The notes beneath the pieces were generated by a model. It saw only the letters and a program-made list of their open reading frames with translations. It had not been told where the DNA came from and ran no database searches. A program made the position numbers and the translations under genes. From Malacoraja senta (lineage: Eukaryota), in NCBI GenBank assembly GCA_038087875.1, contig CM075992.1, forward strand, positions 1,428,001-1,492,000: DNA of 64,000 nucleotides, read 5' to 3'. Below, piece after piece: positions 1-11,160 of this stretch (its first letter is position 1; the number at the start of each line of letters is the position of its first letter).

Positions 1-30
1 CTCCATCCCACATCCAGGTCTCAAGTATTC

Positions 31-359
31 AGTCTGAAGAAGGGTTTCGGCCCAAAACGTTGCCTATTTCCTCCGCTCCATAGATGCTGCTGCACCCGCT
101 GAGTTTCTCCAGCATTTTTGTGTACCTGCTGGAGAAACTCAGCGGGTGCAGCAGCATCTATGGAGCGAAGGAAATAGGCAACGTTTCGTCCCGAAACCCT
201 TCCGGGTTTCGTCCCGAAACGTTGCCTATTTCCTTCAGGGTTTCGGCCCGAAACGTTGCCTATTTCCTCCGCTCCATAGATGCTGCCGCACCCGCTGAGT
301 TTCTCCAGCATTTTTGTCTACCTTCGATTTTCCAGCATCTGCAGTTCCTTCTTAAAAAC
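31..359 (+). mobile_element. Penelope-like (PLE) 3'-end fold-back cassette (forward-inverted-forward) with hammerhead-like motif
   Basis: Unit CTGAAGAAGGGTTTCGGCCC(G)AAACGTT...GCTGAGTTTCTCCAGCA, then its inverse, then forward again; flanked by 12-bp TSD TCTCAAGT(A/G)TTC (19-30, 360-371). Confidence 0.8.
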
Positions 360-455
360 TCTCAAGTGTTCCTCATGGGCGGACGCCAGCCGTACCTTCA
401 AAGTCGGGGGTACATGTGAACCCACACCCCCAGCTTGTGATTAATTTCAGAAATT

Positions 456-1255
456 CATAAGTCATAAGGTCATAAGTGATAGGAGTAGTATCAGGCCATT
501 CGGCCCATCGTCAACTCTGCCATTCAATCATGGCTGATCTATCTCTCTCCCTCCTAACCCCAGTCTCCTGCTTTCTTCCCATCACCCCTGGACACCCGTA
601 CTAATCAAGAATCTATTTATCTCTGCTTTCAAAATATCCAGTGACTTGTGTCCTCCACAGCCTCCTGTGGCAAAGAATTCCACAGATTCACCACCCTCTG
701 ACTAAAGAAATTCCATATAACCATATAACAATTACAGCACGGAAACAGGCCATCTCGACCCTTCTAGTCCGTGCCCAACACGTATTCTCCCCTAGTCCCA
801 TCTACCTGCGCTCAGACCATAACCCTCCATTCCTTTCCCGTCCATATACCCATCCAATTTATTTTTAAATGATAAAAACGAACCTGCCTCCACCACCTTC
901 ACTGGAAGCTCATTCCACACAGCCACCACTCTCTGAGTAAAGAAGTTCCCCCTCATGTTACCCCTAAACTTCTGTCCCTTAATTCTCAAGTCATGTCCCC
1001 TTGTTTGAATCTTCCCTACTCTCAATGGGAAAAGCTTATCCACGTCAACTCTGTCTATCCCTCTCATCATTTTAAAGACCTCTATCAAGTCCCCCCTTAA
1101 CCTTCTGCTCTCCAAAGAATAAAGACCTAACTTGTTCAACCTTTCTCTGTAACTTAGTTGTTGAAACCCAGGCAACATTCTAGTAAATCTCCTCTGTACT
1201 CTCTCTATTCCTAAAGGATCATCCTTTTATTCTGAGGCTGTGCCCTCTGGTCCTT
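456..1255 (-). mobile_element. Older CR1 3' end (456-712, 1210-1255) interrupted by a younger CR1 3' fragment (~712-1209)
   Basis: ORF 792..1178 is the CR1 ORF2 C-terminus (LGLYSLE-RRLRGDLIEV...FFTQRVV-VWN-LP); (ATGGTTAT)n tail; host CR1 3' UTR on both sides. Confidence 0.9.
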
Positions 1256-1445
1256 GGTCAATGGTCAATGATTCCAGGTGAATGGTCAATGGTCAATGGT
1301 TCAATGGTCAATGGTCAATGATTCAATGGTCAATGGTCAATGATTCAATGGTCAATGGTCAATGGTCAATGGTCAATGGTTCAGTATTTATGGACACATA
1401 TAATAGACACATACAATTCAACATTACAGTGAAATTCATTTTGCG
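1256..1445 (-). repeat. (TCAATGG)n microsatellite expanded from a retroposon 3' tail
   Basis: Heptamer array 1256-1383 abutting a 3'-end-like sequence; unexpanded AATGGTTCAATGGT version near 43877. Confidence 0.65.
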
Positions 1446-1581
1446 TTTAATGCTGCCGCTGCCATGTGCGCCATTTCATCAGGTACAAAGTCCGGATTCC
1501 CGCGTGTTCGTTCTACCGTAGCGGCTCCCAATCCACTCCACCGCCCACGACCGACTCGTCCCGCGAACCCTCATCCCTCTC

Positions 1582-2507
1582 TTTTAGTTTTTTTAGTTTT
1601 AGTTTTAGAGACACGTCGTGGAAACAGGCCCTTCGGCCCAACCGAGACCACACCGACCTGCAGTCCCCAAACAGAAACACCTTCCTACACACACTAGGGA
1701 CAATTCAGTGTCCTACTTTAACAAGTTGGCGACGACTCTAACATCGGGAGCCTGGGAGCTCCAAACCGGCGCGGCCTTGTCGGCTTCGGAAGCCGCGGCC
1801 TCCGGTAAGGAAGCGGCCGTTCCAGGTGGCCCAGCCGCTGAGAGGACTCTCCCGACGCCGGGGGCAACAGCACCCGGTGAGAACGGCCAGGAACATCGGG
1901 CCTCCGTAGAGGCAATAGCGGAGGCCTCAATAGGCCTGACTTTGGGGAGAACTGGGGATGGGGACTGGATATTGTGCCTTCCCCCACACAGTGGTAACCA
2001 TTGTGGGGGGATGATTTTTGTGTGTAGTGTCTATGTTAGTCTGTGTCCAAGATGGCGGTCGGAGGGGAGAGTGGACGCTGGCGCGGTTTAGCTGCCGCTG
2101 CTCTCTCCTCACATTGTGTTTCTGAATTTTTGTTGTTTGTTTTTTTGGATCGAATTTCTGTCTTTAATTTGTGTATTGGTGATGTCTTTATAACCTGTTT
2201 TACTCCGATTATATGTTTCTTTGTTAAATTTTGTAAGGTGTCCTTGAGACTTTTGTATAGGCGCCCACGAATAAAATGTATTATTATTATTGTTAATAAT
2301 TCACATTTATACTACGCCAACTAACCTACAAACCTGCACGTCTTTGGGGTGCGGGAGGAAAGTGGAACCACCCGGAGAAAACCCACGCGGGTCACGGGGA
2401 GAAGGTGCAAACTCCGTACAGACAAGCGCCCGTCGTTGGGATCGAACCCGGGTCTCCTGCGCAGAGAGCGCTGTAAGGCAGCAACTCTACCGCTGCGCCA
2501 CCGTGCC
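1582..2507 (-). mobile_element. HE1/V-SINE-type tRNA-derived SINE split by an insertion
   Basis: Head rc GGCACGGTGGCGCAGCGGTAGAGTTGCTGCC...GGTTCGATCCC near 2507; (TAGTTT)n tail at 1582; halves separated by 1708-2296. Confidence 0.85.
1708..2296 (+). mobile_element. GC/CpG-rich non-autonomous retroelement with L2-like 3' tail
   Basis: Ends TGTAAGGTGTCCTTGAG...GGCGCC...AATAAAATGTATTATTATTATT; internal CAAGATGGCG; nested in a SINE with AATTCA on both sides. Confidence 0.55.
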
Positions 2508-2848
2508 TCCACTCTTCCAGCAGTACTTATACTCAACGTCTTGAACTTGCACCCTAATTCAGCCAGCAGGTCACATTTGTAGTCATTTGAAATAAGCACC
2601 TCTTGAGCAGTAAGTTTCTTAAAAACCTTTGCATGTTCATTGTCCAAAATATCATTTGTTTTCCATCACCATGGAGCGAAAAGTCTTCTCTAAAAAACAA
2701 TACATTTAAAAAATAAAGGCCACATGTCAAAATGACTGACACCTCTGCGGTATGTTTCCGGAGAATTCCATCAAGCTATGGTATTAAACTTCAAAACAAC
2801 TTGTTTTAATTTATGGATCTGAGAACGTGACTTTGTTCCTACTGCGAG

Positions 2849-3128
2849 CTTAGTTTATTTTAGTTTAGTCTTAGGGGTACAGCGTGGAAACAGGCCCTTC
2901 GGTCCACCGAGTCAACGCTGACCACCGAGTCCCCGCACACTAACACCATCCTACACACACTTATACCAAAAGCCACGTGCGTCTTTGGAGTGTGGGAGAA
3001 AACCGGAGCAACCGGAGAAAACTCACGGGCAGAAGGTACAACTCCGTACAGACAGCATCCGCAGACGGGATGGAAACCAGGTCTCCGACGCTGTAAGGCA
3101 GCAACTCTACCGCTGCGCCACCATACTG
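2849..3128 (-). mobile_element. HE1-type SINE
   Basis: Same head, core and CR1-like tail as the other copies. Confidence 0.85.
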
Positions 3129-3360
3129 CCCTCAGGAACTTAAGATCTATGTATATCTATGGCTGTGACCTATCTACAGGTCAAAGGATAGGGTGGTACC
3201 ATTTGGCTACCCCTGTTTACATGGACCATGAACTGAAGAGCCTCTTAGAGGGACAGAAGGACTGACGCAAGATAATAAATGACAAAAAAACAGAATTCCT
3301 TATCCCCGGTGATGAAGGTTGAAATATTGCAATGTAACGAAAGATTAATGCAACAGTCTC

Positions 3361-3491
3361 GTTTAAGAAGGAACTGCAGATGCTGGAAAATCGGAGGTGG
3401 TCTGAAGAATGGCCTCGACCCGAAACGTCGCCTATTTCCTTCGCTCCATAGATGCTGCCTCACCCGCTGAGTTTCTCCAGCATTTTTGTCT
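3361..3491 (+). mobile_element. PLE 3'-end fragment with inverted terminal piece and hammerhead-like motif
   Basis: Inverted GTTTAAGAAGGAACTGCAGATGCTGG followed by CTGAAGA...CCCGAAACGTC; AATG(C/T)AACAGT repeated on both flanks. Confidence 0.7.
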
Positions 3492-3514
3492 AATGTAACA
3501 GTATTAGTTCCTTA

Positions 3515-3985
3515 GCCAGAGGGTGGTGAATCCGTGGAATTCATTGCCACAGACGGCTGTGGAGGCAAAGACTTTGGGTATTTTTACGGTGAAGATACAG
3601 TAGATAAGTAAGTTTATTGGCCAAGTATTCACATACAAGGAATTTGCCTTGGTGCTCCGCCCACAAGTAACAACACGACACACAGCGACAGTTACGAATG
3701 ACTCAGAAAACACGAAACATTAATAATAATGAGACATTAATGATAAATGATTAATAGATTCTTGATTAGTACAGGTGTTGGATTATAGGGAGAATGAGGT
3801 TGAGCGGGAAAAATAGATCAGCCATGATTGGATGGATGGTGTAGACTCAATGGGCCGAATGGCCTAATTCTGCTTCTATCACCTATGAACACGAATGGGG
3901 TTGAGAGAGAGATAGATCAGCCATGATTGGATGGCGGTGTAGACTTGGTGGGCCGAATGGCCTAATTCTGCTCCTATGACTCGTG
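3515..3985 (+). mobile_element. Degraded CR1 3' ends with a nested antisense LINE-like 3' end (~3600-3750)
   Basis: GTGGTGAATCCGTGGAATTCATTGCCACAG and duplicated GGGCCGAATGGCCTAATTCTGCT tails. Confidence 0.7.
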
Positions 3986-4678
3986 AACCTCTGAAGGAAA
4001 CAGCGATGAGCAATGAAAACTGGCTTCGCTACCGATGTTCACCCACCGTTTGCAAAGGTGTCAAAAAATAAAACATCCTATCAAGCAAAACACTTCTCTA
4101 AAAGACACAAAAGAAACAGGGAGTGCAAAGTTCAGTGTTGTGTGGATGTTGAACAGGTACTTTGCTTTGTCAGTATCTGGAGATGGGAACACATGAAACA
4201 GATTGCTTGATTCAAGTTGCTTGGCTCAGCTGTTTTCCAATTGAAGTCTGCTTCAAAAGGCCTAATTACGTGTGTTGTTGAGACTGACTTGTCTCTTCGT
4301 AGCGCTGATTGATAAGGCGCTTGTCAGTGGCTGGGAAACATGTTTCCTTTTTTTTTTATTTGTTGGAGATATCCTTGTCATTTTGCATACTCCTAACTTG
4401 AGCCTAGGAAACTGAGTGTGAACCTTAGACTGACATTCTCAGTGCAACAGTCAACATGTTTCGATGTTAAAACAGAGCCTTGTAAACCTTCTATGGAACA
4501 AACGAAAGATCTCACACCAATATGGGAAGAAGAGAGATTCTTTCTCCATTGTACTGTCCCATATTTCTCTCAACTGATGTTATGAAAACCTTTAAGTCTC
4601 TCAACCTATATTTGAGCACAATATTGGGCTCTCCTCTACTTAACATTGCAAGTCACCAGGGTGTCAGGGGTAATGGTA

Positions 4679-4763
4679 GGGGGTGCCCTGTTTCGACGTG
4701 CACAATCAAATACAACAAGTTGTCCTACAACTTTAGGCTGTGCACGCCATACACAAGAAGAAG
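4679..4763 (+). mobile_element. Internally deleted copy of the HDV-ribozyme-headed (GAA)n-tailed short retroposon
   Basis: GGGGGTG|CCCTGTTTCGACG|TGCACAATC...GCCATACACAAGAAGAAG; imperfect TSD CAGGGGT(A/T)ATGG. Confidence 0.75.
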
Positions 4764-4939
4764 CAGGGGTTATGGGGAGAAGGCAGGAGAATGGGGTTAG
4801 GAGGGAGAAATAGATCAGCCATGATTGAATGGCGGAGTAGACTTGATGAGCCGAATGCCTTAATTCTGCTCCTAACACTTATGAAGTTATCAGCTTTGGT
4901 TTCCAAGTTAGAACCTTGTCCATAGAAGTCACCAGCATA

Positions 4940-5190
4940 GGTACAAAGCAGATCAGATACATCGATCCACGTTCCCTCAACACTGTCCCATCAAATGTCC
5001 CCCAAAATAGTTCCAATTCAGATCAGATACTGAGTGAAGTTACCTCTTCATTGCCCCAGGACTGGTATAGCTCACGTTAGATACAGAGTGAATTCCCCTC
5101 TACGCTATCCCAGCAGACACACCCAGACAGGGCATGGTCAGGTTTAGTGCAGAGTGAAGCTCCCTCTACACTATCCCACTGGACCTCTTC
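4940..5190. repeat. Degenerate ~60-80-bp tandem repeat
   Basis: About four diverged copies of (GTT/ATC)AGATACAGAGTGAAGCTCCCTCTACACTGTCCCA. Confidence 0.6.
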
Positions 5191-5369
5191 ATCCACAAAG
5201 CAACACTGATGGTCAACAGCGTGGGATGGTCAGCCCTCACGTAGCCGGAGTTGAACCCCCACAACATGGTTGAGTTCTGGATGCTAATGTTTTCTGAAGA
5301 CATTTTCCATAATGTGACCGGGCAAACATTGTCCAGCACCTCCTCTCTTCTAGCTTTCTACACTTCAGA

Positions 5370-7135
5370 CTTTAGAGAAACAGTGCGGAAACAGGCCCTT
5401 CAGCCCAACGAGTCCGCGCCGACCAGCCATCTTCGCACATCAACACACACAGGGACAATTTTACATTCACACCAAGCCAATTAACTTACAAACCTGCACG
5501 TCTTTGGAGTGTGGGAGGAAACCGGAGATAACAATATAACCATATAACCATATAACCATAACAGCACGGAAACAGGCCATCTCGGCCCTTCAAGTCCGTG
5601 CCCAACACTTTTTATATTTTTTATATATATATATATATATTTTTTTTTTATTAAACTTCCCCCTAGTCCCATCTACCTGCACTCAGACCATAACCCTCCG
5701 TTCCTTTCCCGTCCATATACCCATCCAATCTATTTTTAAAGGATAAAATCGAACCTGCCTCCACCACTTCCACTGGAAGCTCATTCCACACAGCTACCAC
5801 TCTCTGAGTAAAGAAGTTCCCCCTAATGTTACCCCTAAACTTCTGTCCCTTCATTCTCAAGTCATGTCCCCTTGTTTGAATCTTCCCTACTCTCAATGGG
5901 AAAAGCTTATCCCCGTCAACTCTGTCTAACCCGCTCATAATTTTAAAGACCTCTATCAAGTCCCCTCTTAACCTTCTGTGCTCCAAAGAATAAAGACCTA
6001 ACTTGTTCAACCTTTCTCTGTAACTTAGTTGCTGAAACCCAGGCAACATTCTAGTAAATCTCCTCTGTACTCTCTCTATTTTGTTGACATCCTTCCTATA
6101 ATTAGGCGACCAAAATTGTACTCCATACTCCAGAATTGGCCTCACCAATGCCTTGTACAATTTTAACATTACATCCCAACTTCTATATTCAATGCTCTGA
6201 TTTATAAAGGCCAGCACACCAAAAGCTTTCTTTACCACCCTATCTACATGAGATTCCACCTTCAGGGAACTATGCACAGTTATTCCAAGATCCCTCTGTT
6301 CAACTGCATTCCTCAATTCCCTACCATTTACCATGTACGTCCTATTTTGATTTGTCCTGCCGAGATGTAGCACCTCACATTTATCAGCATTAAACTCCAT
6401 CTGCCATCTTTCAGCCCACTCTTCCAAATGGCCTAAATCTCTCTGTAGACTTTGAAAATCTACTTCATTATCCACAACACCACCTATCTTAGTATCATCT
6501 GCATACTTACTAATCCAATTTTCCACACCATCATCCAGATCATTGATGTACATGACAAACAACAGTGGACCCAACACAGACCCCTGAGGCACCCCACTAG
6601 TCACCGGCCTCCAACCATTACTCTCTGGCATCTCCCATTCAGCCACTGTTGAATCCATCTTGCTACTCCACCATTAATACCCACCAATTGAATCTTCTTA
6701 ACCAACCTTCCATGAGGAACCTTGTCAAAGGCCTTACTGAAGTCCATATAGACAACATCCACTGCTTTACCCTCATCAATTTCCCTAGTAACCTCTTGGA
6801 AAAATTCAAGAAGATTAGTCAAACATGACCTTCCAGGCACAAATCCATGTTGACTGTTCCTAATCAGACCCTGCTTATCCAGATCCTTATATATATTATC
6901 TCTAAGTATCCTTTCCATTAATTTGCCCACCACTGACGTCAAACTAACAGGTCTATAATTGCTAGGTTTACTCTTAGAACCCTTTTTAAACAACGGAACA
7001 ACAGATCTCGGAGAAAACCCACGCAGGTCACGGGGAGAACGTGCAAACTCCGTACAGACAGCAGCCATAGTTGGGATCGAACCCGAGTCTCTGGCGCTGC
7101 AAGCGCTGTAACGCAGCAACTTCACCGTGATGCCC
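5370..7135 (-). mobile_element. HE1-type SINE (5370-5529, 7002-7135) split by a CR1
   Basis: SINE halves rejoin at GGAGAT|CTCGGAGAAAACCC; 4-bp duplication AGAT. Confidence 0.8.
5530..7001 (-). mobile_element. 5'-truncated CR1 (HER1-like) LINE, RT domain, frameshifted
   Basis: ORFs 6601..7254 and 5663..6658 give NYRPVSLTS, QHGF, DFSKAFD, GVPQGSVLGP, YADD; small internal deletion near 6617; (ATGGTTAT)n tail. Confidence 0.95.
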
Positions 7136-7256
7136 CATGACAGGTACATGGACAGGGCAGGTGTAGAGGGATATTCGCCAAATGCAAGCAGGAGGATTAG
7201 TGTAGATGGGGCATGTTGGCCGGTGTGGGCAAGTTGGGCTGAGTCTGTTTCCATTA

Positions 7257-8113
7257 TTATCTCAATGGGGTTAGGTTAGGTAAGGGGGAGGTGCAGCGAG
7301 ACCTGGGCGTCCTTGTACACCGGTCACTGAAAGTTGGCGTGCAGGTACAGCAGGCAGTGAAGAAAGCTAATGGAATGTTGGCCTTCATAACAAGAGGATT
7401 TCAGTATAGGAGTAAAGAGGTTCTTCTGCAGTTGTATAGGGCTCTGGTGAGACCACATCTGGAGTATTGTGTACAGTATTGGTCCCCTAATTTGAGGAAG
7501 GACATCCTTGTGATTGAGGCAGTGCAGCGTAGGTTCACGAGATTGATCCCAGAGATGGCGGGACTGTCATATGAGGAAAGATTGAAAAGACTAGGCTTGT
7601 ATTCACTGGAGTTTAGAAGGATGAGGGGGATCTTATAGAAACATATAAAATTATAAAAGGACTGGACAAGCTAGATGCAGGAAAAATGTTCCCAATGTTG
7701 GGCGAGTCCAGAACCAGGGGCCACAGTCTTAGAATAAAGGGGAGGTCATTTAAGACTGAGGTGAGTAAAAACGTTTTCACCCAGAGAGTTGTGAATTTGT
7801 GGAATTCCCTGCCACAGAGGGCAGTGGAGGCCAAGTCACTGGATGGATTTAAGAGAGAGTTAGATAGAGCTCTAGGGGCTGGTGGAGTCAAGGGATATGG
7901 GGAGAAGGCAGGCACGGGTTATTGATAGGGGACGATCAGCCATGATCACAATGAATGGTGGTGCTGGCTCGAAGGGCCGAATGGCCTCCTCCTGCACCTA
8001 TTTTCTATGTTTCTATGTTTCTATGTTTCTATGATCACAATGAATGGCGGTGCTGGCTCGAAGGGCCGAATGGCCTCCTCCTGCACCTATTTTCTATGTT
8101 TCTATGTTTCTAT
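7257..8113 (+). mobile_element. CR1 LINE 3' fragment, (TTCTATGT)n-tail subfamily, with tandem-duplicated last ~80 bp
   Basis: ORFs 7291..7638 and 7686..7925 (RDLGVLV, LVRPHLEYCVQ-WSP); 3' UTR repeated at 8030-8113. Confidence 0.93.
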
Positions 8114-8339
8114 GATCAGCGTAGATCTTGCCACTTGACTTGACTGGGCGTCCAAATCCATAACCTCGTGACTGGGGGAGCAGTGCCACCCCCTCGGTGC
8201 AAGAAGCTAGCTCCAGCAATCCACACTTCATCAGGAATTTCTTCAGCCAGAGGGTGGCGAATCTTGTGGAATTCATTGCCACAAGACAGTGGTGGAAGCC
8301 AAGTCATTGGGTATTTTTAAAGCGGAGATTGATAGGTGA

Positions 8340-8466
8340 AGGAAGGAACTGCAGGTGATGGTTTAAACCAAGGAGAGACACAAAAAGCTGGAGTAACTCA
8401 GCGGGACAGGCAGCATCTCTGGAGAGAAGGAATGGGTGACGTTTTCGGGTCGAGACCCTTCTTCAG
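8340..8466 (-). mobile_element. PLE 3' end with hammerhead-like motif, nested in a CR1 3' end
   Basis: rc CTGAAGAAGGGTCTCGACCCGAAAACGTCACCC...GATGCTGCCTGTCCCGCTGAGTTACTCCAGC. Confidence 0.75.
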
Positions 8467-9440
8467 CCTCTTGATTAGTAAGGGCATCAAAGGTTATGGG
8501 GAGAAGGCAGGAGAATGGGGTTAGGGTGAAGAAATAGATCAGCCATGGTGGACATTTTTGATGGGCCGAATGGCCTTATTCTGCTCCCATGTCTTTGTGG
8601 GCTTTTAGGCTGTACACGCCGTACGCAAGAAGAGCGAATCCCATGCTCTTTCTGCTTCCCGTCCAAAGGCTCTCCGAGGGTGGGCAAATACAGGGCCGTT
8701 CTCCGCCCACAAGCAGCTGGTCAGAAAGTGGACTCCAGGGGAGGTTGTCAGCTCACCGGGATGACTGCGCAGTCTGAAACCTAGCATGACAAGGCCTACT
8801 GTGACGGTACCCCAGCAGGCTTCTCCCAGTCCCCTTGAGGGTGGCTTTGAAACTCTGTGAGAACATCGTGAAAAAACCCCAGATCTACAATCAGGATCTC
8901 AATGTCTGACTGTCACTGAAACCTCTTGGTCTCCAAAGGCACTTGACTGATCTGCAAAATACAATGGCAGGGAACATCTGAGAACATGTCAGTGGTTTGA
9001 TGCCAAAGTTGCGTGTAATCTCATTCTTCATGTTTCATCTGTGACAGTTCAAAAGAGGACACTCACAAAGGAAGGCAGGGGAAGCGCGATTCAATTGGCT
9101 TTTGACAGGGTTTTGATATCTAGTAAGTAGCCCCAGACAGATTTCCTTTTAACGTCTTTCTGAAGAGCGCTCCGTGGGTCCGAAGGCACGACAACGGAGC
9201 CGCAATCTATGGCAACGCGCAAAGTGCACAGGGAAAGGCGGGTGACGTTTCGGGTCAGGACCCTACTTCACACTCAAGATGGAACTTCTGAAGATATTCC
9301 GAGGCTCTGAGCTCTAGTCCAAGACTCTCCCCCTAAACATCCACTCCACATCCACTCTATCCAAGCCTTTCACTATTTGTTAAGTTTCAATGAGGTCCCC
9401 GCCTCATTCTTCTAAACTCTTTCTTTTGCATGGAGCACTT

Positions 9441-9577
9441 TCTTCTTGCGTACGGCGTGCACAGCCTAAAGTTGGAGGACAGCTTGTTCTATTTGATCTT
9501 ATTTGATTGTGCACGCCCGGGTTGATTGCATTCGTCGAAATAGGGCAGACCACGTGAAGGTTGCAACCTCCCACCCC
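9441..9577 (-). mobile_element. ~135-bp bipartite non-autonomous retroposon (Vingi/Ingi-like): HDV-like ribozyme head plus CCGTACGCAAGAAGA tail
   Basis: Homologous to 4679-4763, 8604-8633 and 10958-11088; (GAA)n tail; 5' end folds as an HDV-like double pseudoknot. Confidence 0.75.
9524..9577 (-). ncRNA. Predicted minimal HDV-like self-cleaving ribozyme (54 nt)
   Basis: P1 GGGGUGG/CUGCCCU, P2 GGUUGCA/UGCAAUC, P3 ACC/GGU, L3 UUCACGU, P4 U-UUCG-A, J4/2 CGAA carrying the catalytic C. Confidence 0.72.
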
Positions 9578-9756
9578 CCCCCGCACAGAACACTGATCGA
9601 TTCAGAAGACTGTTTGATGAACGTTGTGTAACTTTGTCTAGGTGAGGTCTGTTTGATTGTATACAATCCTCCAACACTCCAAAGACGTACAGGTTTGTAG
9701 GTTAATTGGATTTGGTAAAATTGTAAATTGTCCCTAATGTGTGTAGGATAGTGTCA

Positions 9757-10086
9757 TGGGGCCTGTCCCACTTGGGCGATTTTTTAGGCATCTACAGGCG
9801 ACTAGTTTGTCACCACATGTTCACCGGTGGTCGCCGGGAGTCGTCTCCTCAGTCGCGCAAGAAGTCGTAGCGTCTTTCTGGTCGACGCTAAATTTTCAAC
9901 ATGTTGAAAATATTTCACCGACAGTGGGATTGACGCCAATGAGCGAAGCTTGACTTCTCCTGACGTTGGTGCTGTCGTAGGTTGTCGCCAGGATGACGTA
10001 GGTTGCCGCCGGTTTTTCGGCGACCTGCTACGACTGTGACAGTCGCCGGCAGTCACCTAAAAAAATCGGCAAGTGGGACAGGCCCA
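9757..10086. mobile_element. PIF/Harbinger-like MITE inserted in an HE1 SINE (9676-10158)
   Basis: TIRs TGGG(G)CCTGTCCCACTTG / CAAGTGGGACAGGCCCA; 3-bp flanks TCA/TTA at a host TTA. Confidence 0.8.
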
Positions 10087-10400
10087 TTAGTGTACGGGGT
10101 GATCGCTGGTCGGAGCGGATTCGGTGGGCCGAAGGGCTGTATCTCCAAACTAAAAAAACGAAACTGCACACACAGCAGGTCAGGCAGCATCCGTGCAAAG
10201 AAGGATACAGTCAGTGCTTTGGGTTAGGATCTACCCTCTCCTTCCCACTCCCCATTGAACTTCAATATTACTGTAGATAGACACAACATGCTGGAGAAAC
10301 TCAGCGGGTCAGGCAGCATCTAGGAGCGAAGGTTTTTTCACACAAAGGGTGCTGGGTGCATGGACTAGTGTAGATGTGGCACATTGGTTGGCATGGGCAA

Positions 10401-11160
10401 CATAGAAACATAGAAAATAGGTGCAGTAGGCCATTCGGCCCTTCAAACCAGCACCGCCATTCAATATGATCATGGCTGATCATCCAAAATCAGTACCCCG
10501 TTCCTGATTTTTCCCCAAATCCCTTGATTCCATTAGCCCTAAGAGCTACAGTATATCTAACTCTCTCTTGAAAACATCCAGTGAATTGGCCTCCACTGCC
10601 TTCTGTGGCAGAGAATTCCACAGATTCACAACTCTCTGGGAGAAAAAGTTTTTCCTCATCTCAGTCCTAAATGGCCGACCCCTTATTCTTAAACTGTGAC
10701 CCCTGGTTCTGGACTCCCCCAACATCGGGAACATTTTTCCTGCATCTAGCCTGTCCAATCCCTTAAGAAATTGTAATATGTTTCTGCAAGATCCCCTCTC
10801 AACCTAAATTCCAGTGAGTACAAGCCCAGTCGACCCATTCTTCCATCGTATGTCAGTCCCGCCATCCCAGGAATTAACCTGGTGAACCGACGCTGCACTC
10901 CCTCAATAGCAAGAATGTCCTTCCTCAAATTAGGAGACCATAACTGCACACAATACTTCTTCTTCTTCTCGCGTAAGGCGTGCACAGCCTAAAGTTGTAG
11001 GCAACTTGTTCTATTTGATCTTATTTGATTGTGCATGCCGGGTTGATTGCATTCGTCGAAACACGTGAAGGTTGCAACCTCCCACCCCTGCACACAATAC
11101 TCCTGGTGCGGTCTCACCAGGGTCCTGGGCAACTGCAGTGGGACCTCCTTGTTCCTATCC
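10401..11160 (-). mobile_element. CR1 LINE 3' fragment carrying a nested insertion
   Basis: ORFs 10546..10758 and 10746..10985 with CR1 motifs; (TTCTATGT) tail; CR1 continues to ~11160. Confidence 0.9.
10958..11088 (-). mobile_element. HDV-ribozyme-headed short retroposon with a 10-bp internal deletion
   Basis: Perfect 13-14-bp TSD (C)TGCACACAATACT (10945-10957, 11089-11101); begins GGGGTGGGAGGTTGCAACCTTCACGTG and ends (GAA)n. Confidence 0.85.

Noticed and set aside
1618..2091. 157-aa Ala/Gly-rich ORF
   Set aside because: It spans a SINE/insert junction and reflects high GC content; no recognisable domain.
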